From contig JAAPAO010000395.1 in NCBI GenBank assembly GCA_013115145.1, forward strand, positions 1-33,378: 33,378 nt of DNA. Direction: 5' to 3'. Below the pieces are notes generated by a model. The model was not told the DNA's origin, did no database searches, and saw only the letters and a list, made by a program, of their open reading frames with translations. A program made the position numbers and the translations under genes. Below are positions 11,134 to 21,495 of this stretch, piece by piece. Numbering within the stretch: the stretch's first letter is position 1; every line of letters begins with the position of its first letter. This stretch comes from Perkinsus chesapeaki ATCC PRA-425 (taxonomy: Eukaryota; Protista; Perkinsozoa).

Positions 11134-12329
11134 TTAAGGTGCCGGTGGTGGTGGTGGAGGAAGAGCCTGTGCAGCTCGTCTTTTAGCTGCCTTTCGCTTT
11201 GGGGGCTTTTTGCCAATCATAGAATTCATCAACGGGTCATCCTCAGCGAATTTGCGAAGCAGGTCGTCCTGTAAAGGCAGCGTGTGAAGCACGACGATTG
11301 AAGGTTACTACATAGCCTTGGCCATTACTCCAATGGTTTTTATATCCCAACGAGGCACCAGGATTCTGATGAAACGTGCTGGAAATCAAAGCGGGTAAAG
11401 TTTTCCGCCGCCCACTCACCGTCAACAGCATTCTGGTGCCACTCTTTGGCTTTATCTCTTTAAGGTTGAGATCTTTATAGAGAGGATGATCAGCGAGAGA
11501 TGTCTGCAAGAGAGCACTGTATAGAGTAGCAACATCAGTGGAAAGTCCATTAAAGGGCAGTGGGTTGGATGACGATATCTTCCCTACTAGCTACCATTCA
11601 CAAACAGTTTACGTTAGCCGAAAGATACTTCATTGGAAGCCTATGAGTGGTCGAGTGGCCATTATGAGTCTCTTGAGATTTTGCTACATGCTACAGTATT
11701 AGGGGCATGTACAACAAGAAAACACCATCTGATGGTGTTTTCTTGTGGTGACCATCATCAACACTAAGGAGTTGACCTGTTTTGCTGCTCCTCTCATGGA
11801 GGGTTGGTGCGGCTCCGCCTGCTCCTCCGGCGCATTCCCCTGAGGCACAAGAAGTACCACACGACATAGTGAGGTTGTAGAATGGGCCGAGTAGGAGCTC
11901 CAGTAATTGGCATACTGTATCGCTCGTGGCTGCTGGAGGATTGGGCTTCAGTAACTCAGACATGCTAGTTAGATGCATGCTTGCTTCGATCCCGATCAGG
12001 AAGGCTGAAATGAGCGCGTTGCGGTAGAGCAGCATTACTGAGGATAAACAAGTAATGCTGGTCAAGAGAAGATTTTCGATAAGTCGAACGAACTAGGTGG
12101 TGAATAGTGATGACTAGTCCGAGGCATCGATCGTCGACATCGTACTCGAATGATGATGTGTGGGGGAAAGCTAATAGAGGAACTTCAACATCACGCCACA
12201 TTCCTCAAAACACAATCATTAACACTACTCCGCTTGAAGGAATAATTATCCACCGGCGAGATCACTCGGGAGGGAAATCCGAACCGCTCGAATACCCACT
12301 AAAGCGGCCGCCTCGGAAATCGATCCCAT
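11134..12329 (-). CDS. Hypothetical multi-exon protein
   Basis: MGSISEAAALVGIRAVRISLPSDLA/GMWRDVEVPLL..., ORF block 11691-12065, ...LQTSLADHPLYKDLNLKEIK..., last exon DDLLRKFAEDDPLM...ALPPPPPPAP*. Internal junctions are uncertain. Confidence 0.5.
11714..11746. repeat. Perfect 16-bp inverted repeat with 1-nt spacer
   Basis: ACAAGAAAACACCATC-T-GATGGTGTTTTCTTGT. Confidence 0.95.
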
Positions 12330-12450
12330 TCGAGCAGTCGCGTTTAAAATGCCATTGACTTTCTATAACACCCTGGAATATAACCAACACCAATAAACAC
12401 TTGTTAGAAAAGTGACATATTTCCTGTGAGACAAAAATGCAAGAATATTA

Positions 12451-14400
12451 TCATGAATAAGAAGTCAGACCGCCAGCGCCCGAGTCGGGTTTGGAGGCGC
12501 TTTCTCGCAGCATGCGGCTTAGTTCCGCAAGATGTGCCTGAACTTCCTCAATGCAGCTCAAGGCTTCGTTACGAATGCTGTCCTCGGCTTGTAAGGCAAA
12601 GTCAATCTAACATTAGAAAACGTCTACGATATCGATGCTACTAGTCCCCAGGGAAAACAACAAGTGGAAAGTTTATGAATGGTGAACTGGAGAATCATCG
12701 CATTGCCGCCTCCTACACCGCAGATACGGAGGATTAAAGACGTAGGATGTCCCTCATCCTCAATCAAAGGATACAACAGTGCTAAATATCTACCAAGATA
12801 CCTCAGCACATGCCCTCTGTGTGGTAGAGACCAGTTGATGGTCAGCATATATAGTACGGGTTGATAAGGATAAAGCTTCATGTTCGACATCTCGAAGGCT
12901 TGCTCCCAGTTGTATACATGCTTCCTTTAGCACTTCAGCCTAAAGTAAGTGTGGTCGATGAAAGGAGGCGAGTCGAAGGTCCTGTAAACTTATCCCACTT
13001 TGCTATTCCGATCGCTCTCAGCAGCTCGAAGTCTCTCGACTGCCTCCTCTATCTTGGTTTGGGCAACAGCCACACGTGCCTTCTGCTCAGAAAGTTCGAA
13101 CGCTCTTGTAGCGCGGTCACCTGAACAAGCCCAGGCAGATGAAGTGCAAATGACACCACTAGCATATACCCTTGCAGTGCTCGACATCCACTATTTGTTT
13201 CTTCTTTGCTTCTTCGAGCTCCTCCACCTTCCGCTGTATAATCGTGGTGTCGCTGATGTTCGCCACTTCAGTCTCCAATGCAGCGCATCTCTCTATCAAC
13301 GCCTTCTCCTCCTCTGCTGCATGAACTGCTAAGCTCTGAGCATCGCCGACTATACGTAACAGCCATACTGCTGAGGCTCATTCACCTCCGCCTTGGCAAA
13401 CTGCTCTTCAGCGCCATCAGCTCCTTCGCGCAGTGTAAGTACTTTACAATCAATAATAAGCCGGAGCTCACGCATTCTGGTATCCAGCTCCTCGGAGTCG
13501 GTAGGAGCACCTGTCAATGGAATGATAAATCTCGCCCCAGATTTTCGCCGCTGCCCACCTAACGAGCTTTCACTTGTTAACCAATCGGGCACCCTTTCCC
13601 ACACGGAGATGATGCCCTCAGGAGTCTCGGCAGCGCTACACGCGCAGTGCAGTTCGGCGATGGTATCTCGTGCAGCTTCGGCATCCCTAAGTTCGTTGGC
13701 CGCTCTCTCGGCGGCGTTCCGCGCTTTCCCAGCTTCGGCACGTGCGCACCTGTTAGAAGATACGCCAAGAAACAGCAATAACTCTCCGCCTGACCGTGAT
13801 GCATCTTTGGCAGCCTCGGCCTCCCTCTGCAGAGCTTCCAGGGTTTTGAGACTCCGAGCCCTTTTCGTTGGTACCGAAGCCAGCCTCTCCTTCGCAATTA
13901 AGAGTTTACTACAACCAGAGGAACTCCGCCATTCCAATGCCTGTCAGACAATACCCTTCGATATCGGCCAATCGAGCTGTGGCGCGTGACTGTAGCTCCG
14001 CTGATGTCACCGATGCTTGGTGTGTTATATCAAGAATCCTAATAAAGGTCCCATTTGAACCTATAAGATATCCTTCTTCCGAGCCCACCTTTTAGCATCA
14101 ACCATCGCTGAGGTACATTTAGCAAGATGGTCCTCTGCCTTAACCACCGCAGCTTGAGACTCTTTCACCTCTGCACAGGTATGAGCCAACGAACTCACGT
14201 CCCTGACTGGATCAGCTCGATCAGCCTCCCGACCAACACTCGACCAGGGTCACTTCCGTCTTAAACTTCCAGCCGTTGAAAGTAGCTTTTTTCGCGTTAA
14301 GAGGAGCTTGTCTGTCTCCTTCCTGCTTTCGTGAGCTGACGTCGATGCCTGAGCAACAGCAGTGACCCCGTTATACCGAGATAGCCGACACACGTGGCCG
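12451..14400 (-). CDS. Long coiled-coil protein (multi-exon; 5' end uncertain, may be continuous with the PX gene)
   Basis: Ala/Glu/Arg-rich heptad exons: AEVKESQAAVVKAEDHLAK, LKTLEALQREAEAAKDA, KARVAVAQTKIEEAVERLRAAE; last exon AEDSIRNEALSCIEEVQAHLAELSRML...TSYS* (stop 12451-12453). Confidence 0.6.
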
Positions 14401-14504
14401 ACTCAATGGTGGCCTAGATGATATTAACATATATAGCATTGATGACGAGGAGAGCGGTACAGATCCAATTGCTGTAGCATAATTTTATTAGTATTAAAAA
14501 TCAT

Positions 14505-16348
14505 TTAAAAGGTGACCCTAGGGCTTGTCTGCCATTCATATATCACACACAAGCAGTCCAGCAAGGGCGCCTCTCACATACCTTATCCCAGGAGTCAACC
14601 AGCCTGGCTTGCGCCGTGGCAAGGGAATCGAAGACAGTGACTAAACGAGAAACAGCATCCTCATCAAGGCCCTCTCTGGCAGGCCCTCTCTGTTTAACAT
14701 CATTCTCCTTTGCTTTCACAGTTAAGTGGCAATCTTTTGATATACCTGCGGGTAGATGAGAGTTGGCTACGGATAGACAGCGGCCGCTCACCTATCAGCT
14801 GCTCATGCCTCTCACTGAGTGTTTCACCACATGCTAGTTCAACGCATTTTATCCGCGTCTCTGCTGCGTGTTCAGTTAAGCCCTTATCATCGCACCACCC
14901 CTGGCACGCCAAAAGCGTTTCACTCGCCTCCACGCTGTTGTGGTTATCAATGAGCCAGCAAAGCTGCCCCAGAACAGCATCATAAAGCTGCTGCCCTTTG
15001 CACCTGCTGATGGTAGCATCGGCTTCATCCGATGCCGTCTCGACAGCAAAGTCGATCAGAGGTCCTCGGAAGTAGACTGTGAGAAGTTTGCAGGTGAGGC
15101 TGGCGATGACATCGTGGTCGTTCAATAGGAGCCGTATTGGCTTTGCTGAGCGCTCATCGAATACGGCATCCAATGCCTCGAAAAGACGCAGTTCATCGTC
15201 GGTGCTGCCGATGGCCCTATTAACCCGATCTAACTCGGAGGCAAGAGTTTCTCGTAGTCGATCTCCGTGTGGTGTAAGAGTTTCGTTCTCGTGGCGGAGA
15301 AGGATAGATATCATCAAGCTGGTGATGGAAGTGGTGGCCACGTCATTTACTGCCATCAACGCCTCTATCAACTGCAGACCAGAACTCTGCCTATCAGTTA
15401 GGGCGATCTCGAGGTCAGGGTCCGCGGCCATAGCAATCATCAACATGCAGGCAATACAAAGGGAGAGCCGAGGATTGGCAGTGTAACCTGGTAACGGACA
15501 GGTGGCACAACAATAGAGCGATAAGCTTAGATACCAGAAAGCATCTCTATTAGCTCTAGAATCCCAGCGTCAACCTGAAAGTACACAAAGACGGCTGCTG
15601 GATGCGATCGTACTGTTGCCAACAAGACCTGAGATGATAACTCAGAGAAGCGTCACAGTGTATGAGCTCCCACATTAGTAGCTTCAACTAGCGCAGATTC
15701 CTGCGATAGGGCTCCGATAAGGACTCCAATGCCCCCCTCTTCAGATATCGCTCTGCCGGACTGACTAGAAATTTGGCCCAAGACGGCCAAGGCAAACCCT
15801 GTAACCATGTGATCTTGTCCACTTCGCACATGCTCCAGTAGTGCCCTCAAGACTGGCCTACACAAAGCTACTGACGCCGCGAAGGTAGGCTGAAGCGAAA
15901 GCGGGCAAAGTAGCGGCAAGTACTGTGCTTCCTTGGACCAAGCGTATCGGGCTATTATGCAGATCTCCACACAGGGAGCTTCAAGGAAGTGCCACACTTG
16001 GTTGTCTTCGTACACCTTTTTGATGGTTATCACTTGTCGAAGATAACGCTCAAGCCCTTGTCGTCTGACCTCAACAATTGCCGCATCATGAGCCCGCCAC
16101 GGAAGATAGCGCTTCGGCGGCAGCCTAACCGAGCAGCCGTCTAGTAAATGCGATATTGCTCGATGAAGCGAATGAAATTGCGAATATCGACGGCGAACCG
16201 TCCACTGCATAACACCGCCTGGCCCCGAGATGGCTAAGGTGTACCAAACTGGCGTTGTCTCTGCGTTCGCATGAGTGACTGTGATACCCAAAACGCGTTG
16301 TGAGGATGCTGAAGAGTTGGAGGCCCTTTCACGCCGGTGCTGAGACAT
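14505..16348 (-). CDS. PX (Phox) domain protein followed by helical ARM/HEAT-like region
   Basis: PX signature VWYTLAI...WTVRRRYSQFHSLHRAI...VRLPPKRYL...EVRRQGLERYLRQVI...VWHFL. In-phase introns link it to ORF 14700-15446 and the exon ISKDCH...VDSWDK. Confidence 0.8.
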
Positions 16349-17313
16349 GTTTATAGTAATTAGGCGCTGATGACAACACCATGGCTGCTCTTGAACAGTG
16401 ATACGATAATACAACAACTCCTCCGGCCACGGACAAGTTATCGATGAAGTCTGAGAGGAAACCCCTCCCCCTACTCCTGCTGCTTTGGGCCCAGGACCAG
16501 AGTAGTCCTATTTGACCGTCAACAATCAGTCGGCAATACAACCCAACTGATCGCAGATGGCCAAGTGACATCTCTTATCTCTCTTGAGTCCGGGTTTAGA
16601 GGAGCCATTGTTTGCCATCAGATCGAATAGGAGCAGCATCGTGTAAAGTGATGTACGAACGCAAGACAAGCATTCTCGGACACACCAGCATAAGTGAGAG
16701 CAGCACAACAACATCAACACCATGGAAGAACGAACATCACTAGTGAAACAATTCGCAATAGGCATTAACCACATCCTTTCCTGTCTGTATGTTCTTATTT
16801 TTGAACATGTGACCAATATTATCGATTATCATATTGGTGACTTCCTTGTCACAGCGTCTAAATAAAACAAACCATCAATCAGCATAATACTTAGTTCTGC
16901 TACCCGAGCCGGGGTTTGGTATCCGTACAAATCTTCCTCACCGGTAACTCTCCAACATAATGGACTTCCATAAAACGTGTATCTCCTTCCATATAACACT
17001 CACTAGTGTCCTACCGCGCGACGCACTGCGTAGCAATTAACGGAGTGAGATCCTCCTACATCTTCAGTCCAGTCGAGCCGGTCATCGTCGAGCTCTTCAT
17101 CAAATGTCAGATGAGCTAGGGGTCGAGTGATTCCCTGCAAAGGTAGTGCAATAAAGAGCACGTTGCTGTTCAGCAATCGGTGGCTCCGCTACCCCCTATT
17201 TATACATTATCCGTCTCGCCGCGAGAAATACAGTGGAGGGGTATTAATTATAAAATGCCAACCGTATAAATAGCTGCCAAGGCTGACGGCAGAGTTAGAA
17301 TGGCCATCAAGCA

Positions 17314-17807
17314 TCATTCGATTAAGCGACAAGATTTCTTAAAATGTGGCCTATTATCTCACTCGTGCGTCTATCGGTGGGGATCTCATCAATTTCGGTC
17401 TCTGTCGTGGCGCAGCTTCTTTCATCTGGGATGATCCAGGTTGCGATGGCGTCTGCAAGCAATTCGACATGAAACAACTGCGCGGAAGCAATCGTGAAAC
17501 CTAAGCCTACTCCTCCGGCTCCGGCTCACCTCCTCCGGCTCCGGCTCCGCAAATGTGACCTTTCTACTCGATGGAGGAGAAGCGCTTTTCCTCTTCTAAA
17601 GTTCGAACAGAGTAGGCAAATCCACAATCGAAGGCTTACCAGAATACCCTTCGAGGACTTGCCGTTATGAACCGTGGAGGACGCCTGAAGAGGTGGTGCA
17701 CTAATTAGTGGAGAGTAAGTTAATAAGAGAACACTTACCAACCCACTACACTCGAGGAGAGCAGCGGCAGCTAAGACAGCTAAGAATAGGAAGGTCGGAC
17801 GAAGCAT
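17314..17807 (-). CDS. Small predicted secreted protein (about 114 aa) with GILK and RKVTF motifs
   Basis: Signal-like MLRPTFLFLAVLAAAALLECSGL. Two clean phase-0 GTAAG...AG introns (54 and 44 nt) give ASSTVHNGKSSKGIL/KRKSASPPSSRKVTFAEPEPEE. The last exon (LFHVELLADAI...RLIE*) depends on an ambiguous acceptor. Confidence 0.65.
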
Positions 17808-17931
17808 TGATAATAAAGAATGTCGAAATTCTTACACGACCATCTCGGTGCGCAGACAAAACAATTATTTAAAGAACAACATACATAACGATAATGCTGA
17901 TAAATATCTTAACACCGGCGGCGGTCACTCG

Positions 17932-18666
17932 TTACGTGGTACGAAATGGGATATGATTAATGACATATGGTGGCACACAGAGACATCTGACTAGCCTATC
18001 CCGACTGCTACTGCTGCTGCTTTCGGTAGTGGTGGTGGTGCTGCAACCCAGATAAGGTACGTGTGCTTGAAAGAACTTCAGGGCGGCCTCAATAGTCCTA
18101 TCGGTGCAAAAACTGATGAAAGGCATGGCGTAATATCCTTGTACGCTGGTGATTCACTACAAGTAGGCATCGGACTGTAAACGCTCGGTATGGTTCCTCG
18201 CAATGGTGATCTCTTCAACATTGCATACTTCCTCTTTGTAGGTGAACTTGACAGTGATAGCTGCGCTCCTCAGAGCTTCACCAGGCGTATCGTCACATAA
18301 TACCTCACATGAATTAGGCCCACTTGGCTGAAAAAGAGGAAGATGGTATCCAAAGTGACGCCAAGGTGCTGCTGCTGCTGCTGCTGAAGGCCTTCTTCTT
18401 CTTCTTCTTTGTTGTTGTTGAGAATCGTTTAATTGCAGCAGCACACTGGAAATGTGACATTCCCTCACCTCCGTCCTCTCCCCATTGTAGATCTCATTTG
18501 CATCTTGATGCTCCACTTCATTCTCAACCTTCACTGCTTCTTTAGTCATTTGCACCTTCGGTCGCCCCTGCCGGCCTTGCTGTCCGCTGTGGTGCGTTGG
18601 TATCCTCCCGCCGTCCCCTCTTGCAGTATGAGGGTGATGGGGCTGTGGCCCAGAAGCAAATGACAT
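17932..18666 (-). CDS. Hypothetical multi-exon protein (fragments)
   Basis: ORF 18157-18666 has protein-like ends and a microsatellite-rich middle (likely intron). Next exon FCTDRTIEAALKFFQAH follows a GT-AG intron. Confidence 0.4.
18367..18420. repeat. Compound trinucleotide microsatellite (GCT)n-(CTT)n-(GTT)n
   Basis: Directly visible in the sequence. Confidence 0.9.
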
Positions 18667-19890
18667 TCTTTAATTAACCTATCATTTTACCGCACCTGAC
18701 CTGTTTGAATATCCATCACTTCCTGAAATCCATCATAGGCCTTTTTCGCCGTCGAAGAGATCGAAGACCAAATAGGCCTCGCTGTGTCCTGGGTTGAGAA
18801 AGTGGTGAGGTGGGAAATGTTACATGACGTATCGTTAAAATTATCCAGTGATAAACGTTATAATGCCAATCAACATCACCGAGAGGGGCTCTATCGGGGC
18901 GCCGCCACCCTTCACATTGCTGTTATCGGGGAACCTTATCTTCACACCAATAAGCAAGCGAATCTTCTACAGGTCCACCTCAGTGATCTAGTTGCTTTTC
19001 TCAACCTACAGTATCTAGATCGGCCTGCTTCAGTGCTTACCTGCACACGTTCTATAACGACCCCTATTGGCCCAGGAGTTATCCTTCCCGCGATTCGTTC
19101 ACCACTACGTTTGCCGTGTATCGCGGAAGGATCCTGAGGAAGAGGAAGACATTCCGATGGTAGCAATAACTATCCACCAGAGGGAGCTCGATAGCACCAC
19201 CACTACCTGGCGCGGCGGGAGTGCTTCGATCTGCTATACGCTTATTATGGCGACTCCGTCTTACCACTAGATCGGGGATGTCGTCGACAATCCTGACTTT
19301 CACCTTCGCCTTTCGAGATTTCGAGGCACCTCTCGCTGGCACGGTTGAAGACATGCCCAAGAGGAAAGCCGCGACGGCGGCGGCGGCGGGGGCGATAATA
19401 ATGTAGTAAGTCATCATACAAGTAACCAATCGAAAGCAAGAATGAAACACAACTGCGAATCTTGGCTCGAATACCGATCAGCGAATGCCATCGCTGCCTG
19501 TCAGAGAAGCAGCCGTTTCAACTATCTCCCGATCGTTGATGCGACGTATGACAATTCTCCAGGACAAGAAAACGGCGAAGATCGAGGAAGGGGAACAATG
19601 CTCACACTGGGACATTGTACGTGAGACAGCAGCAGCAGCAGCTCGCAAGTGTCACGCATTATAGAGCCGCAGTGGCGGTGGCTAACAAGGTGCTGAATGA
19701 GCAACTTTTAATTCTCTTAACATAGACGAGAAAACGGGTTGAGTTGAACAAAAAGAGATATAGATTTATTAGACAACTGATAAAAATGACATCCACAAAT
19801 GACATAAAACATGATGAAAAATTCCGCCTTCCAGTGGTGGCTGCCTTAAGAATCAGGCAGCAGACATCCTCATGTTGGTGCAGGCCTACT

Positions 19891-20052
19891 CTAATTTATG
19901 AAGACATTATCCGAGTAAAGAGAGCCGTCATCAGAGTCAGATGCTCTTTTATCGTCGACGGAGGAGGAACCACTCGATGGTTTAGCTACGAAGTAAATGG
20001 CACCATCATCATCACTATCATCATCTTCGGAATCATCTTCGGAGTCATGACC
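19891..20052 (-). CDS. Acidic exon of a hypothetical gene
   Basis: After the TTTAG acceptor: GHDSEDDSEDDDSDDDGAIYFVAKPSSGSSSVDDKRASDSDDGSLYSDNVFIN*. Confidence 0.35.
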   Translation of the reverse strand, partial: GHDSEDDSEDDDSDDDGAIYFVAKPSSGSSSVDDKRASDSDDGSLYSDNVFIN

Positions 20053-20328
20053 CTAAAGACATTCTGATCTGAACCTTACTATAAAATCATTATTACTTGT
20101 AAGTAGGAGAGTGGCCTACGTCGAGATTGCATCAGCTCATCTATCTCCCTTTGACTCTGAAAATGGATACTCAACCACTGTAAGCCATAAAAGGGGCATT
20201 GTAGTAGAAGCCTCACGACGACGACGACGACGACAGATGAGCGATATACTGCTGCCGTCGCTGCTGCTACTACTATTAGGGTAATACGTCAAGATTAAAA
20301 ATAGTTAAATCTCACTAAGACTTATTAC

Positions 20329-20909
20329 CTTTTCCTTGTGTAGCACAAAAGGCTGGGACAGTTTACCAGGTGCCTGAGTAGTATCAACCTCACAAGGAGC
20401 CCTCATGGAAAGAGATAAGCCGTAATATAACAACAACAGCAACAACTGTATATTTGCCAGCCATTGGTGAACTTGGAAGAACAGAGTAGCACGCAGTCTT
20501 ACCGATGCACTTGACGAAGGCGGCTCTGGAATATCTCTATCGAGCAAACGCCTTGAGACGGCTCGTTTTGTTGGAAGCGATGCGTGCTGTTAAAACACAT
20601 ATTCCATATTAATGCAAAAAACCAGGAACATGTGACGAGTGAGACGTACTGGATAGGTGGATCTGCGCTTGGAGAAGTCACCGGTCTCAGGTTTGGCTGG
20701 AAGGCGTAGATCTTTGGGAGGTTGCTCATCATGCGGGTACGATGCAAGGTTTTTTGTTGGCTTTAGCTGAAGCAGCATTAAGGGTGAGTGCTTCACAAAA
20801 TTATCACTGTTACAATGTCCATTGACTTTGGTGCTTCCAATTCCCAGTTTGCAGTTTGCCTGAGCAGAGTCTCTTTTCTCAGGTTAACCTTGGGCTTTGA
20901 TTTTGAGCT
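20329..20909 (-). CDS. Run of phase-0 exons of a hypothetical protein (possibly the 3' part of the zinc-finger gene upstream)
   Basis: SSKSKPKVNLRKETLL...KSMDI/LKPTKNLASYPHDEQPPKD...RRSTYP/HASLPTKRAVSRRLLDRDIPEPPSSSAS/...VLHKEK, separated by GT-AG introns. Confidence 0.5.
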
Positions 20910-21495
20910 CTGAAGTGCAAAAAGAAGGAGGCATTATTAATCCACAAGGATCGTAGTAGTGTATGTGATAGAAATTACCAATATTCCTATCTCATACTCA
21001 CCTTATCAGTATTGGGAGCAGCAGCATCACTTTGGGAAAGCAGTAGGCCTCCTAATACCACAGTGACGACGACGGTGTGGATCGATGGGATAGGGCGGCG
21101 CATATTAAACAGATGAGTGGTGAAGTAACCAAACCATAACAGTTGGAATATGCAATTTGCTCGAGAGACATAGAGTTACCAAGGCAACAAGATAATCGCT
21201 GCTGTTGCGCCGCCTTCTCTTATCGGGCGGAAATTATATTACATTCGAGAAAGGCACCAACGATGCTATAATGAAAGGGGATGCCACAATAGTTACACGA
21301 CGGTAGCAGCAGCACGAACAAGCTGCTGCGGTGAACAATAGCAGCTACCTCAGATATCCACCCGTAATAGTTACTAACACAATAATACTGATAATAGTAG
21401 AAGACAAAATGACATATAACGACTGTTATGAAACTCGACCAACCATTGGGCTGCTTCTTCTTCTTCTTGCCACCCTCCTTGAATCCCATATGTGC

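Noticed and set aside
13393-13989. Plus-strand ORFs such as 13393-13989, 15079-15486, 6470-6940, 22321-22953, 19744-20067 and minus-strand 27098-27751
   Set aside because: They are antisense shadows of better-supported genes on the other strand (Ser/Arg-rich, no motifs).
16526-16816. Cys-rich ORF upstream of the PX gene
   Set aside because: No recognisable motif, and no consistent splice model links it to neighbouring frames.
16812-16838. Inverted repeat ACCAATAT...ATATTGGT
   Set aside because: Only 8-bp arms in AT-rich DNA; not above chance.
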